The notes under the pieces were generated by a model, which did no database searches, had not been told where the DNA came from, and saw only the letters and a program-made list of their open reading frames with translations. The translations under genes were made by a program, and so were the position numbers. From NCBI GenBank assembly GCA_964374005.1, contig CAYJXB010000001.1, positions 1-58,378 of the forward strand: DNA of 58,378 nucleotides, read 5' to 3'. The DNA is from an uncultured Planctomycetia bacterium (GTDB lineage Bacteria > Omnitrophota > Gorgyraeia > 2-02-FULL-51-18). Shown piece by piece: positions 10,444 through 23,309 of this stretch (position 1 is its first letter; each line of letters opens with the position of its first letter).

Positions 10444-11215
10444 TTCTTAAAAGTCTCCGCAGCGTGCTCTCGATATTCTTCGCCTTCATCAATCCTTCGC
10501 CGACCAATACCGCTTTAATCCCTAAAGAGCGTAAGTATATCAAATCTTGGCTCGTTTGAATGCCGCTTTCCGAAACGCATAAAACATTTTTAGGGATTCG
10601 GTGGGCCAGCTTTTCGGCGGTCTTCATATCCACCGAGAAATTATTCAGATTCCTGTTATTGATGCCGATCATTTTAGGTTTCGCGTACAAAATTTTTGAA
10701 AGATCGCGTCCGTCATGCGCCTCAAATAAAACGTCCATCCCCAACTTTTCGGCAAGCCTCCCAAGCGTTGCGAGGGCCTTTTTCGAGAGGATGCTGGCGA
10801 TTAAAAGCACCGCGTCGGCGCCCAAAAGACGCGATTCGTAGACTTGATATTCCTCGAGGATGAAGTCTTTTCTTAAGAGTGGAAGCGGGGTCGCCCGCCT
10901 CACCTTTTTCAGGATCTCAACGGAGCCGCCAAAGAACTTTCGGTCAGTCAATACGGATAAGGCCCTGGCCCCGCCTTTCCGATAGCTTTTGGCTATTCGC
11001 ACAGGGTCAAAATTTTCTCTTAAAATACCTTTGGACGGGGACTTCTGTTTTATTTCGGCGATCACCGCCATTCCTCGAACTTGTTTTAGCCGGTTCAAAA
11101 AAACCCGCTTTTTTTTCGGTAAGAGAGACACTTCCGCCTTCAGCCGACGTAATGATTTTTTATTTTTTGCCGATCGAATCTCAATTTTTTTATTTCTTAA
11201 AATATTTTTTAACAC
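10430..11215 (-). CDS. trpC: indole-3-glycerol phosphate synthase (monofunctional, no TrpF domain)
   Basis: 261 aa. [25 protein letters not shown]. Confidence 0.93.
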   Translation of the reverse strand: MLKNILRNKKIEIRSAKNKKSLRRLKAEVSLLPKKKRVFLNRLKQVRGMAVIAEIKQKSPSKGILRENFDPVRIAKSYRKGGARALSVLTDRKFFGGSVEILKKVRRATPLPLLRKDFILEEYQVYESRLLGADAVLLIASILSKKALATLGRLAEKLGMDVLFEAHDGRDLSKILYAKPKMIGINNRNLNNFSVDMKTAEKLAHRIPKNVLCVSESGIQTSQDLIYLRSLGIKAVLVGEGLMKAKNIESTLRRLLRNAKT

Positions 11216-12186
11216 TGATTTATGGCTACAATTTTTTCAAGTTTTTTTAAGGCCGCCCCCTGTTCCAAGGTGGTTTGGCATCGCTCCAGGCCTTCTTGGA
11301 TAGAAGATACGAGGCCCGCGGCGTACAAGGCTGCGCCGGCGTTTAAACAAACAATATCGCTCGCGGCCCCCTTTTTCCCTTGCAGGACCTTAAGCGCTAT
11401 CTGCTTCGCCTCTTCTTTAGAGGCGCATTGAAGCGCCGCAGGATCTGACGCGGTCAAGCCAAAATGCTCGGGTTTTATTTCGTAGGTTTTAACCTTTCCC
11501 TGATGAAGCTCGGCCACGACGGTTTCGGCGGAAATACTGATCTCGTCCAGGCCGTCTTTTCCGTGAACCACAAGCGCTTTGACCGCGTCAAGTTCCAGCA
11601 AAACCTTCGCCACGATTTCAACCAAAGACTCCTCATAAACCCCGAGAAGCTGATAACAAGCCCCGGCGGGATTGGACAGGGGGCCTAAGATGTTAAAAAT
11701 AGTTTTGCCCTTTATTTTCTTTCTGGCCGGCATGGCAAACCGCGTGGCCGGGTGAAACGTTGGGGCGAAGAAAAACCCAAAACCGACCCCCTCAATGGAC
11801 CGCTCAATCGCCGCCGTCGGCAAGTCTATCTTCACGCCAAGCATTTCCAGTAAATCAGCGCTACCACAAGTACTTGATACTGAACGATTTCCGTGCTTCG
11901 CGACTTTCGCCCCGGCCGCGCAGGCAAGAATGGCGGCCACGGTTGAGACGTTGAATGTTTGACACCCATCGCCGCCGGTCCCGCAGGTGTCCAAGAGCGA
12001 AGGAAAGTTCTTTGAAAGTTGGAGACTGTGTTTTCTCATGACCTTCACGGCCGCGGCGATTTCGGCAACCGTTTCGCCTTTTTCACGCAAGCCCAGTAAG
12101 AATCGTTCGATCTCCTCATCGCTCATGCGGCCGGTCACAATGGCTTCCATGACTTGCGTCATTTCCGCCGGGCTCAAGTCCTTCAT
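11209..12186 (-). CDS. trpD: anthranilate phosphoribosyltransferase
   Basis: [18 protein letters not shown] motifs. Confidence 0.95.
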   Translation of the reverse strand: MKDLSPAEMTQVMEAIVTGRMSDEEIERFLLGLREKGETVAEIAAAVKVMRKHSLQLSKNFPSLLDTCGTGGDGCQTFNVSTVAAILACAAGAKVAKHGNRSVSSTCGSADLLEMLGVKIDLPTAAIERSIEGVGFGFFFAPTFHPATRFAMPARKKIKGKTIFNILGPLSNPAGACYQLLGVYEESLVEIVAKVLLELDAVKALVVHGKDGLDEISISAETVVAELHQGKVKTYEIKPEHFGLTASDPAALQCASKEEAKQIALKVLQGKKGAASDIVCLNAGAALYAAGLVSSIQEGLERCQTTLEQGAALKKLEKIVAINQC

Positions 12187-12755
12187 GGCCGGGTCAAGCT
12201 TAAGAAATTACGCAGGATCTCCTTGCCGCATTGCGTGAGAATGGATTCGGGGTGAAATTGCACGCCATAGATCGGCAACGTTTTATGCTGCAACCCCATA
12301 ATCTCCTTTTCTTTTGTCTCGGCCGTGATCGTCAAATCCTTCGGCAATGTTTTTCGCTCCACGAGGAGCGAATGATAACGCGTGGCGACAAAAGGGTTGT
12401 CGATGTTTTTGAACACCCCTTTGCCGTTGTGATAAATTTTAGAAGTTTTTCCGTGCATGAGCCGTTTGGCGCCCACGACCCTTCCTCCGAACACCTCGCC
12501 GATGCACTGATGCCCCAGGCAAACGCCCAAAATGGGTATCTTAGAGCCCAGTTGCTTGATCACCTCTTTCGAAACGCCCGCATCTTTCGGGCTTCCGGGA
12601 CCGGGCGAGATCACGATACGACTGGGTTTCGCTTTTTTTATTTCGCTGATGGTGATCGCGTCATTTCTCACCACTTTTAATTCTTGGCCCATTTCGCCCA
12701 AGTACTGCACGAGATTGTAGGTAAAAGAGTCGTAGTTATCAATCATCAGGATCAC
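12183..12755 (-). CDS. trpG: anthranilate synthase component II (glutamine amidotransferase)
   Basis: [30 protein letters not shown] start 12755..12753 at the edge of F1-b. Confidence 0.95.
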   Translation of the reverse strand: MILMIDNYDSFTYNLVQYLGEMGQELKVVRNDAITISEIKKAKPSRIVISPGPGSPKDAGVSKEVIKQLGSKIPILGVCLGHQCIGEVFGGRVVGAKRLMHGKTSKIYHNGKGVFKNIDNPFVATRYHSLLVERKTLPKDLTITAETKEKEIMGLQHKTLPIYGVQFHPESILTQCGKEILRNFLSLTRP

Positions 12756-12903
12756 CCCACCACCTCCTTTTGAGACGACAACCCCACCACTTGTTTAGCC
12801 GCATAAGCGGCCGATTGCTCCGCAATCGTTGCAAATAAGTGGTGGGGCAAAGTCGTCTCGGCGCTACGCGCCTGAATTGAAAATTCTAAAGGAGGTGGTG
12901 GGG
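12755..12903. repeat. F1-b: palindromic element between trpE stop and trpG start (contains a core-like module at 12782..12847)
   Basis: Arms CCCCACCACCTCCTTT (from 12755) and AAAGGAGGTGGTGGGG (12888-12903). TCA at 12752-12754 and 12904-12906 (the latter is the trpE stop). Confidence 0.9.
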
Positions 12904-14406
12904 TCATGATGCGACACCATTCTCGGCAAACTCAATCGCCTTTATCAGGGCCTTTGCTTTATTCACGGTCTCCTGATATTCCTTTTCGGGTTTGGAGTCC
13001 GCCACGATCCCGGCGCCTGCCTGGACGTAAGCTGTCCCGTCTTTGATCAAGAGCGTGCGAATCGCGATGCAGGAATCAAGATTCTTGGAATAGCTGAAAT
13101 AGCCCACAATGCCGGAATAAAACGAACGCTTCTGGTTCTCCAATTCGTCAATGATCTCCATCGCGCGCACTTTCGGCGCGCCTGAGATCGTGCCTGCCGG
13201 AAACGTCGCACGCAAAACGTCAAAAATGGTCTTGCCTTTTCTTAAGCGGCCTTCCACGTTGCTCACCAGGTGCATGACATGGGAATACTTCTCGACCGTC
13301 ATGAATTCGGACACCCGCACACTTTTATAATCGCAGACGCGGCCCAAGTCATTTCGCCCCAGGTCCACCAGCATCAAGTGCTCGGCGCGTTCCTTCGGAT
13401 CGTTCAGCAGTTCTTTTTCCAGCCGCGAATCCTCGCGGGCGTCCTTCCCCCGGCGGCGGGTGCCGGCAATGGGCCTTAAAGTCGTCTTTTCATTCTCGCA
13501 GCGTACGTGCACTTCCGGCGAGGCCCCGACAAGATAAAAGCCATCGCAATTCAGATAAAACATGTAAGGCGAGGGATTGATGGACCGCAGGGCGCGGTAC
13601 ACATCCAGCGGCTGGGACTGGACTTTCGTGCGAAACGCCTGCGAAAGAACGACCTGAATGATCTCGCCCTGCTTGATATAATTTTTTGCCTTTTGCACCG
13701 CCTTCTCAAATCCTGCCTTCTTGAAATTAGAGTCGATTTGGTGCGCCAACGGTTTGGCTTGGGCGGTGGAGAACCGGCTCTCTACCGGCATCGATCTCAA
13801 ACGCCGGATCTCCTGATCGATCTTTTGGACCGCGTGTTCATAAGCCTCTCCCGGATTTTTGAAATCATCCAACACGACATTGGAGACGACTTTGATCTTT
13901 TTGTCGAGATGATCAAAAATAAAAAGCGTGTCCGTGAAGATGAAAAGCGAATCCGGGATAGCTGCGGCCTCTTTATTTTTATCGGGGATTTTTTCGATGA
14001 ATCGCACCGTATCGTAACCCAGATAACCCACGGCACCGCCGGAAAAAGACGGAAGGCCTTTCACGGGCGCCTGTTTAAAGGGACTTAAAATCCGTTCCAG
14101 TTCGTATAAAGGGTCTTTCTTCGTGATAAAAATGTTTTCTTTTTTTCCGGGACGCGTCAGTGTGATTTGAAGTCCCTTACTTTTAAAAATAAGTGAGGGG
14201 GCCCCGCCGATAACGGAAAATCGAGCGATCTTCTCCCCTCCCTCGACCGACTCCAAAAGGTAGCTGTAAGGGTTGTCGCCCATCTTGATAAAGCAAGAAA
14301 CCGGTGTCTCAAGATCCGCGAGGATCTCGCGATAGACCGGGATCAGATTGGATCGCTTGGCCAATTTCAAAAACTCTTTTTTAGTCGGGCAACAATCATC
14401 CATCAA
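12904..14406 (-). CDS. trpE: anthranilate synthase component I
   Basis: 500 aa. LLESVEGGE, GAGIVADS, chorismate-binding C-terminal half. Confidence 0.96.
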   Translation of the reverse strand: MMDDCCPTKKEFLKLAKRSNLIPVYREILADLETPVSCFIKMGDNPYSYLLESVEGGEKIARFSVIGGAPSLIFKSKGLQITLTRPGKKENIFITKKDPLYELERILSPFKQAPVKGLPSFSGGAVGYLGYDTVRFIEKIPDKNKEAAAIPDSLFIFTDTLFIFDHLDKKIKVVSNVVLDDFKNPGEAYEHAVQKIDQEIRRLRSMPVESRFSTAQAKPLAHQIDSNFKKAGFEKAVQKAKNYIKQGEIIQVVLSQAFRTKVQSQPLDVYRALRSINPSPYMFYLNCDGFYLVGASPEVHVRCENEKTTLRPIAGTRRRGKDAREDSRLEKELLNDPKERAEHLMLVDLGRNDLGRVCDYKSVRVSEFMTVEKYSHVMHLVSNVEGRLRKGKTIFDVLRATFPAGTISGAPKVRAMEIIDELENQKRSFYSGIVGYFSYSKNLDSCIAIRTLLIKDGTAYVQAGAGIVADSKPEKEYQETVNKAKALIKAIEFAENGVAS

Positions 14407-14798
14407 TATACCTTTTCCGGATCAAACACTCGTGGGTCGGTGATTTTTTTCTTTCCGTCATCGCCGATCTTTTCAAAATAACAGCTCAAGTAGCCCTTGT
14501 GGCAGCCGGCGACCTTTTGATCCACCAAAAATAAAAGGGATTTCCCCTCGCAATCGACGCGAAACTCTTTCACGGCCTGCGTGTGCCCGGACGTTTCTCC
14601 TTTCCTCATCAGCTTATTTTGAGATCGCCTAAAAAGAGTGACGAACCCTTTTTCCAGCGTTGCTCTAAGCGCGGTCTCGTTCATGTAGCAAAGCGTCAAC
14701 ACTTTTTGCGTCTTCGCATCTTGAATGATCGCCGGGATCAGCCCCTGGGAATCAAATTTGAGCTCGCCTTTAATTTTCTCAAAATTTTCACTTGTCAT
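14403..14798 (-). CDS. hisI: phosphoribosyl-AMP cyclohydrolase (monofunctional HisI)
   Basis: 131 aa. [22 protein letters not shown] region. No HisE domain. Confidence 0.9.
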   Translation of the reverse strand: MTSENFEKIKGELKFDSQGLIPAIIQDAKTQKVLTLCYMNETALRATLEKGFVTLFRRSQNKLMRKGETSGHTQAVKEFRVDCEGKSLLFLVDQKVAGCHKGYLSCYFEKIGDDGKKKITDPRVFDPEKVY

Positions 14799-15553
14799 AA
14801 CCGCACCGCGACCCCTTTCTTTTTTAAATATTGCTTCACCTGTTTGATCGTCAATTCTCTAAAGTGAAAAATGCTGGCCGCCAATACCGCGTCCGCCTTT
14901 CCCTCGGTCAACCCTCGGGCCAAATGTTCAAGGCTCCCCGCGCCCCCTGAGGCGATCACCGGAACCCTCACCGTTTGCGAAACAAGCCGCAATAAGTCAA
15001 TATCGTATCCTTGGCGTGTCCCGTCGCGGTCCATGCTCGTCAGCAAAATCTCGCCGGCGCCGAGTATCTGAACTTTTTTTGCCCAGGCCAACGCATCTAG
15101 CGAGCTTTCTTCGCGCCCGCCATGGGTATAAACTTTCCATTTCTTTTTGGAAATCCGCTTCACATCCATCGCGACGACCGTGCATTGGGAACCGAATCTC
15201 TCGGCGGAGCGGCTCACGAGGCGAGGATTTTTGACCGCCGCCGTGTTGATCGACACCTTATCGGCTCCCGCTTTTAAAAGCTCACGAATGTCCTCTAAAC
15301 TACTGACTCCGCCGCCCACAGTGAGCGGCATAAACACCCGCTCGGCTGTCCGTCGCACCACCTCCAGTAAAATCTTTCTTTTCTCATGAGAGGCCGTGAT
15401 ATCGAGGAACACCAGCTCATCCGCGCCCTGTTTGTCATAATAAATCGCGCATTCAACGGGATCTCCCGCGTCTTTGAGGTCCAGAAATCGGGTGCCTTTG
15501 ACCACGCGGCCGTCCTTCACGTCCAGACAGGGAATTATCCTTTTTGCGAGCAT
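14795..15553 (-). CDS. hisF: imidazole glycerol phosphate synthase cyclase subunit
   Basis: [22 protein letters not shown]. Confidence 0.96.
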   Translation of the reverse strand: MLAKRIIPCLDVKDGRVVKGTRFLDLKDAGDPVECAIYYDKQGADELVFLDITASHEKRKILLEVVRRTAERVFMPLTVGGGVSSLEDIRELLKAGADKVSINTAAVKNPRLVSRSAERFGSQCTVVAMDVKRISKKKWKVYTHGGREESSLDALAWAKKVQILGAGEILLTSMDRDGTRQGYDIDLLRLVSQTVRVPVIASGGAGSLEHLARGLTEGKADAVLAASIFHFRELTIKQVKQYLKKKGVAVRL

Positions 15554-16266
15554 GTCCTCACCGCCTCCCGAAGCGTAAATTTATTTTCATAAAGCGCCGT
15601 GCCGATGATCACACCCTTAATATTTTCTTGTTTAAGGTCCATGATCCTGGTTAGATCGCCAAGAGAGCGGACGCCGCCGGAGGCGATCACATCCTTAGGG
15701 AACGCTTGGCTGAGATCCCGGATTTCTTTAAGATTGGGACCCTCCAAGGCGCCGTCTTTTGAAATATCCGTATAAATAATCGTTTGGCCGCCCAATGCCT
15801 GGACTGTTTTTGCCAAATCGGTGGCTTTCGTGTGCGTCAGCGTTGTCCAGCCATCCGTCGCGATGAACCCGTCAAGCGCGTCGATGCCTACGATCATCTT
15901 TTCACCCAATTCGGACAACGCCTCTTTGAGAAACCCTTGATCCAGGCACGCCTTCGTGCCTAAAGTCACCCACGCCGCTCCCATCTCGAGAATAGACGCG
16001 GCCGTCTCAATGCTTCGGATGCCGCCGCCGACTTCGAGCGGTGTGCGGACGGATTTCAATATTTTTTCGACCGAGCTGAGGTTCCTCGGCGTCCCGTGAA
16101 GCGCCCCGTCCAAATCCACGACATGGATCCTGGAAGCGCCCTCTTCCTCAAAGCGCTTGGCGATCTTTTCGGGACCGTCAAAGTAGACTTTCTCTTCTTT
16201 AAATTTTCCTTGGACCAGGCGGACTACCTTTCCGTCTTTCAAATCAATCGCGGGGATCGGGATCAC
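15535..16266 (-). CDS. hisA: ProFAR isomerase (HisA)
   Basis: [32 protein letters not shown] start 16266..16264 at the edge of F1-c. Confidence 0.94.
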   Translation of the reverse strand: MIPIPAIDLKDGKVVRLVQGKFKEEKVYFDGPEKIAKRFEEEGASRIHVVDLDGALHGTPRNLSSVEKILKSVRTPLEVGGGIRSIETAASILEMGAAWVTLGTKACLDQGFLKEALSELGEKMIVGIDALDGFIATDGWTTLTHTKATDLAKTVQALGGQTIIYTDISKDGALEGPNLKEIRDLSQAFPKDVIASGGVRSLGDLTRIMDLKQENIKGVIIGTALYENKFTLREAVRTCSQKG

Positions 16267-16432
16267 CCCACCACCTCTTTTTTGGCTTCAGCCAAAGACG
16301 CGCATAGCGCGTCGAGGCGACGCTTTAAATCCGTCGTCCAACCTAAATAAAACTTTTTGTCTTCTAGACTGCGCATGAGATACACGTAAGCGCTATTTAC
16401 CGTGAGCGTCGCCTCAGAAAGAGGTGGTGGGG
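16266..16432. repeat. F1-c: palindromic element between hisH stop and hisA start
   Basis: Arms CCCCACCACCTCTTT (from 16266) and AAAGAGGTGGTGGGG (to 16432). TCA at 16263-16265 and 16433-16435. Internal 11-bp inverted repeat GAGGCGACGCT / AGCGTCGCCTC. Confidence 0.88.
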
Positions 16433-17053
16433 TCACCCCACCACCTCTTTTCGGTAATCAATAAAGTTTTTTATCACGCGAAGCCCCAACGTCTGGCTTT
16501 TTTCAGGATGAAACTGGGTGGCAAAAATATTTCCTTTCCAGACCGCGGAACAAAACGAAATCCCGTAGCTCGTGGTCGCCGCGACCCAGGACCGGTCCTC
16601 GGGATCCCCATAAAAAGAATGGACAAAATAAAAATGATCCCCATTTTTAACGCCTTTAAGAACGGGGCAATTTTTTTTAGCGAGTTTCAAAGTATTCCAG
16701 CCCATGTGGGGTATTTTGAATCGCCCTTGAAAGCGGCGCACGCGTCCATGGACGATATCGAAACCCTTGACTCTTTTTCCCTCTTCGCTTTCGCTGAAAA
16801 GCAGCTGAAGCCCCAGGCAAAGCCCCAGATACGGCGTGCCGCTGGTTATTTTTTCTTTAAGTGCTTCCACGAGGTTGAGGCGTTTGAGCTCTCTCATCGC
16901 ATGGGTAAAGGCCCCTACGCCCGGCAGGATGATTTTTTCCGCCTTTTTCACCTCGCTTTTCGCGGACGTGATCTTGACGCGCTCGCCGTGATGTTCAAAG
17001 GCTTTTTGCACGCTGCGCAAATTCCCCATACCGTAGTCTACGATGACAATCAC
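16433..17053 (-). CDS. hisH: imidazole glycerol phosphate synthase glutaminase subunit
   Basis: IVIVDYGMGNLRS, GLCLGLQ, QFHPEKS. The last codons (KEVVG-stop) are made of an F1-type arm. Confidence 0.94.
   Translation of the reverse strand: MIVIVDYGMGNLRSVQKAFEHHGERVKITSAKSEVKKAEKIILPGVGAFTHAMRELKRLNLVEALKEKITSGTPYLGLCLGLQLLFSESEEGKRVKGFDIVHGRVRRFQGRFKIPHMGWNTLKLAKKNCPVLKGVKNGDHFYFVHSFYGDPEDRSWVAATTSYGISFCSAVWKGNIFATQFHPEKSQTLGLRVIKNFIDYRKEVVG
16436..16451. repeat. Solo F1-type arm forming the last codons of hisH
   Basis: CCCCACCACCTCTTTT directly abuts the hisH stop, so 16421-16447 is the palindrome GAGGTGGTGGGG-TCA-CCCCACCACCTC. Confidence 0.8.
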
Positions 17054-17067
17054 CCATCACCCCCGTC

Positions 17068-17092
17068 GTCCGCCATCAAAACGCCGGCGGAC
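17068..17092 (-). other. Simple hairpin in the hisB-hisH spacer
   Basis: GTCCGCC (17068-17074) and GGCGGAC (17086-17092), 7-bp stem with an 11-nt loop. Followed in the transcript by GGGGGTGATGG-GTG, an F1-arm-like SD. Confidence 0.6.
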
Positions 17093-17107
17093 TACTCGCA
17101 TTGACGC

Positions 17108-17737
17108 TCATAACTTTCCTTTTGTAGAGGGGATTGATGTTACCCGAGCGTCAACGCTCGTAGCCCAATCCAGCGCCTTCGCGAGCGACTTAAAAGTCGC
17201 TTCAATGATGTGGTGGGGCTGTTCGCCCGATATAAAGTCCACATGCAGCGTCATTCCCAGGTGGTTGGCGAACGACTCAAGAAAATGTTTCGCGTCGGCC
17301 AGCGTGTAATCCCGATCATTTTTTTTAGCACGCATCGCGGGATGCTCGATCCATTTCGTTTTGGGATGTGTGTGCATGTGAAAAGACCCGCGGCCACCCA
17401 GGTCAATCGTCACGCGTGTACCGGACAGCGCTTCATCAAGCGGCGCCCGAATATCGGCAAAACGCCGGATGCCCCTTTTGTCTCCCAATGCCTTTTTAAA
17501 GGCCTCACCTAAAGCGATCCCGACATCTTCATTCGTGTGATGCGTGTCGATGTCCAAGTCTCCCTTGGCTTTCAGCCGAATATTGAACAGGCCGTGTTTG
17601 GCCAAGGTTTCAAGCATGTGGTCCAAAAACCGGATACCCGTCTTGACATTGGATTTGCCTTGTCCGTCAATGGCCACTTCCGCGAGGATCTGCGTTTCTT
17701 TCGTTTTTCGTTGGATCACGGCTGAACGTTTTCTCAT
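17108..17737 (-). CDS. hisB: imidazoleglycerol-phosphate dehydratase
   Basis: FLDHMLE, DTHHTNEDVGIALG, HHIIEATFK. Confidence 0.93.
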   Translation of the reverse strand: MRKRSAVIQRKTKETQILAEVAIDGQGKSNVKTGIRFLDHMLETLAKHGLFNIRLKAKGDLDIDTHHTNEDVGIALGEAFKKALGDKRGIRRFADIRAPLDEALSGTRVTIDLGGRGSFHMHTHPKTKWIEHPAMRAKKNDRDYTLADAKHFLESFANHLGMTLHVDFISGEQPHHIIEATFKSLAKALDWATSVDARVTSIPSTKGKL

Positions 17738-18962
17738 TTCAAGCTATCCCCAAAACGAATTTTAACCGATTCGACGTGTTTGACAAGTCCTTCGAGGTTC
17801 GCCAAGTATTCCAGCGGCCCCTTGACCTTTTCCAAAGCCCTTCGGCTGTAGGAAATAATATGCGAACTTTTAAGAAAGTCCTGAAGGCTGATCCCTGAAA
17901 AAAACCGGGCCGTGCCGTTCGTCGGCAAGACATGGCTCGGTCCCGCCACATAGTCCCCCACGACGGTCGGCGTAAACGAGCCCACGAAAATAGCGCCGGC
18001 ATGTTTCACGTCTTTGATGATCCTCTGCGGATTTTTCACCATGATCTGCAAATGCTCGGGCGCGATCTGATTGATGACATCCACTCCCTGTTTTAGATTT
18101 TTCACGACGACGATGTAGCCGCGCGCCGGCACCTTTTGTATGATCTTCGCCAGCCGCTTTGAGGTTGTGACAAGGATGGCCGTGCCCATGTGATGCTCGC
18201 TCTGCGCCAAAAGGTCCGCGGCCACAAAATCGGGATCAGAATAATCATTGGCAAACACGACGACTTCCGTCGGTCCCGCCACCATATCAATATCACAGTA
18301 CCCGAATACCTGACGCTTGGCTTCCGCCACATATGCGTTTCCGGGGCCGACGATTTTGTCCACTCGCGGGATCGAGCGGGTCCCAAAAGCAAAAGCACCG
18401 ATGGCCTGGGCTCCCCCCGCTTTGTAAACCCCGTCCACTTTCAACAAATTGGCCACGGCCAGAATATGCGGATCGACACTTTTAAATTTATTGGGAGGTG
18501 TGATCAGGTACACCTTTTCCACGCCGGCCAACTTCGCGGGAAGCACCGTCATGTAAACGGTTGATGGCAGTGGCACCGTCCCCGAAGGAATATAAATTCC
18601 CACCGACTCGAGCGGCCTGATTTTTTCGCCCAAGATGACCCCGTCCTCATTCATAATCTTCCACGAGCGCTTGCCCTGTTTTCGATAAAACCGGTTGACA
18701 TTTTCGATCGCGATCTTAAGGGCCGACACGAACTCCGGGCTGATATTTTGATAGGCGGCGTTGATCTCGCTTTCAGTGACTTTGAGCTCCCGTGGGCTCA
18801 ATTTCACTTTATCAAATTTCCGCGTGTAACGGATCACCGCCTCGTCGCCGTCGTTTTTAACGTCTTCTAGAATGCGGCTCACCTTTTCCTCGATGCGCCG
18901 GTTGCGATTCGCGAGACGGTGAAACAGCTTTAAGAATTTTTTGCTCGATGGTTTGATAATTT

Positions 18963-18966
<4 letters not shown>
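17734..18966 (-). CDS. hisD: histidinol dehydrogenase
   Basis: 410 aa. AQSEHH, GDYVAGPSHVLPT. Confidence 0.95.
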
Positions 18967-21573
<2,607 letters not shown>

Positions 21574-21587
<14 letters not shown>

Positions 21588-22059
21588 GAATCAGCTCAGC
21601 CATGGTCGCAAAGATCACGTCGTTGTCAAACCCACGGCGTTTTAAAAAACCGTAGATCCTGGATTTTTTCTTTTCACTCGAAACGCCGGTCATCTTTTGA
21701 ATGCGCGTATATGCCAAGTCCTTCGCCATTTTTTTCTCATCGTAATCTTGAAGATTTTTGATCGTCGCGTCAACCAACGGAGCCGCAAGCCCCTTTTTTT
21801 TCAAATCAAACTCCAATTGCTTTTTTCCGGTCGGGCGCGTGTACACCCGCGCATTAGCGAAAAGCCGCGCATATTTCTCGTCGTTCAGGAGCCCTTGGGC
21901 CTCGAGCAGATTTAAGACTTCTTGCACGATCTTAGGGGGATGCTTTTTTAGCGTTAATCTTGCCCGCATTTCCTCGACGCTTCGCGGCTTGAACGACAAA
22001 AGCCGGAGCGCGTCGCTTTTTGCCTTCAGCAAAAGCGACTCAAAATCGGTGGGATCCAT
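21574..22059 (-). CDS. recX: recombination regulator RecX
   Basis: 161 aa helical-repeat protein immediately downstream of recA. Called from context and size. Confidence 0.75.
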
Positions 22060-22098
22060 TTCGTTGGTAGCTGGTGCTCTTAGGAAGTTTTTTAAGAT

Positions 22099-23148
22099 TT
22101 ATTTATGGGAATTCGTCGTGCCGACTCTTTCCAAGATCAGTTTTTCAAGCTCGTTCAACACTTTCGGGTTTTCACGTAAAAACGATTTGGCGTTTTCACG
22201 CCCCTGGCCGAGCTTCTCTTCGCCGTATAGTAGCCAGCTGCCGCTTTGTTTGATCAATTCGAACGTTTCCGCGACGTCCAGGATGCTGCCGACGGCCGAC
22301 ACGCCTTCGTCATACATCAGGTCGAATTCGGCCTGTTTAAACGGCGGCGCGACCTTATTTTTCACGACCTTCACCCGCACCCGCCCGCCGACGATCTCCT
22401 CGCCACGCTTGATTTGCGCGATCCGGCGGATATCCAGCCGCACCGAAGAATAAAACTTAAGCGCGCGGCCTCCCGGCGTCGTCTCGGGATTTCCGAACAT
22501 GATGCCGAGTTTTTCACGAAGCTGATTGATAAAGATAACAGATGCTTTTGATTTGGAGATGGCGGCGGTAAGTTTTCTTAAGGCCTGGCTCATCAAACGC
22601 GCCTGAAGTCCCATGTGAGACGCGCCCATTTCACCTTCAATTTCGGCTTTGGGCACGAGCGCCGCGACCGAATCAATCACGATCACATCAATCGCATTGG
22701 ACCGGACGAGCATTTCGGTGATCTCAAGCGCCTGCTCTCCGGTGTCCGGCTGCGAAATCAAAAGATCGTCCAAATTTACTCCCAATTTCTTTGCATAAGT
22801 CGAATCAAACGCATGTTCCGCGTCAATAAAAGCGGCCGCCCCTTTTCTCTTCTGCGCCTGCGTGATCACGCTCAAGGTCAGCGTCGTTTTGCCGCTGGAT
22901 TCCGGGCCAAAGATTTCGGTCACGCGGCCCCGCGGAATTCCGCCAATCCCCAACGCCACATCCAACGCGATGGCGCCGGTCGGTATCGCCGGGACATCCA
23001 TTTTCACATTTTGACCCAGCATCATGATGGCGCCTTTACCAAAATGTTTCTCAATCTGCAACACGGTCTGCGTGATCGCTTTTTGCTTCTCTGATTCCGC
23101 CGGCTTTGCGTTTGTCTTCTCTTCTTTTTTCTCTTTCACACGTGACAT
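22099..23148 (-). CDS. recA: recombinase RecA
   Basis: [10 protein letters not shown] Walker [21 protein letters not shown] 8 nt upstream of the ATG. Confidence 0.98.
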   Translation of the reverse strand: MSRVKEKKEEKTNAKPAESEKQKAITQTVLQIEKHFGKGAIMMLGQNVKMDVPAIPTGAIALDVALGIGGIPRGRVTEIFGPESSGKTTLTLSVITQAQKRKGAAAFIDAEHAFDSTYAKKLGVNLDDLLISQPDTGEQALEITEMLVRSNAIDVIVIDSVAALVPKAEIEGEMGASHMGLQARLMSQALRKLTAAISKSKASVIFINQLREKLGIMFGNPETTPGGRALKFYSSVRLDIRRIAQIKRGEEIVGGRVRVKVVKNKVAPPFKQAEFDLMYDEGVSAVGSILDVAETFELIKQSGSWLLYGEEKLGQGRENAKSFLRENPKVLNELEKLILERVGTTNSHK

Positions 23149-23183
23149 GAAATGAACCTCCCAGATTGTTTTGACGGAAAAGC

Positions 23184-23189
23184 ATTATA
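23184..23189 (-). promoter_or_regulatory. Possible recA -10 box
   Basis: Minus-strand TATAAT about 35 nt upstream of the recA ATG. No convincing -35 box and no recognisable SOS box. Confidence 0.3.
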
Positions 23190-23259
23190 CCTTAAAACCT
23201 CTCATACCTCTACTTAAATAAGACGACGGACCCCCGTTTTTTCTTGCAAAAAAATTCGA

Positions 23260-23289
23260 TTGTCAGCAATACTCCTAAGGCCTTATAAT
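23260..23289 (+). promoter_or_regulatory. Candidate cinA promoter
   Basis: TTGTCA (23260-23265), 18 nt spacer, TATAAT (23284-23289). Followed by TAAGGAG and the ATG at 23310. Confidence 0.5.
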
Positions 23290-23309
23290 CAAAGAATTAA
23301 GGAGAAAAC

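Noticed and set aside
16424-17104. 226-aa plus-strand ORF
   Set aside because: It is fully antisense to hisH, which has clear GATase motifs. It has no start context, and its ends are made of F1 arm sequence. Shadow ORF.
21758-22453. 231-aa plus-strand ORF
   Set aside because: Antisense to recX and recA. Ser/Phe-rich low-complexity translation. recA on the other strand is unambiguous.
23149-23309. SOS (LexA) box upstream of recA
   Set aside because: I found no CTGT-N8-ACAG or CGAAC-N4-GTTCG-like palindrome in the divergent spacer. Only a TATAAT -10 candidate is present.
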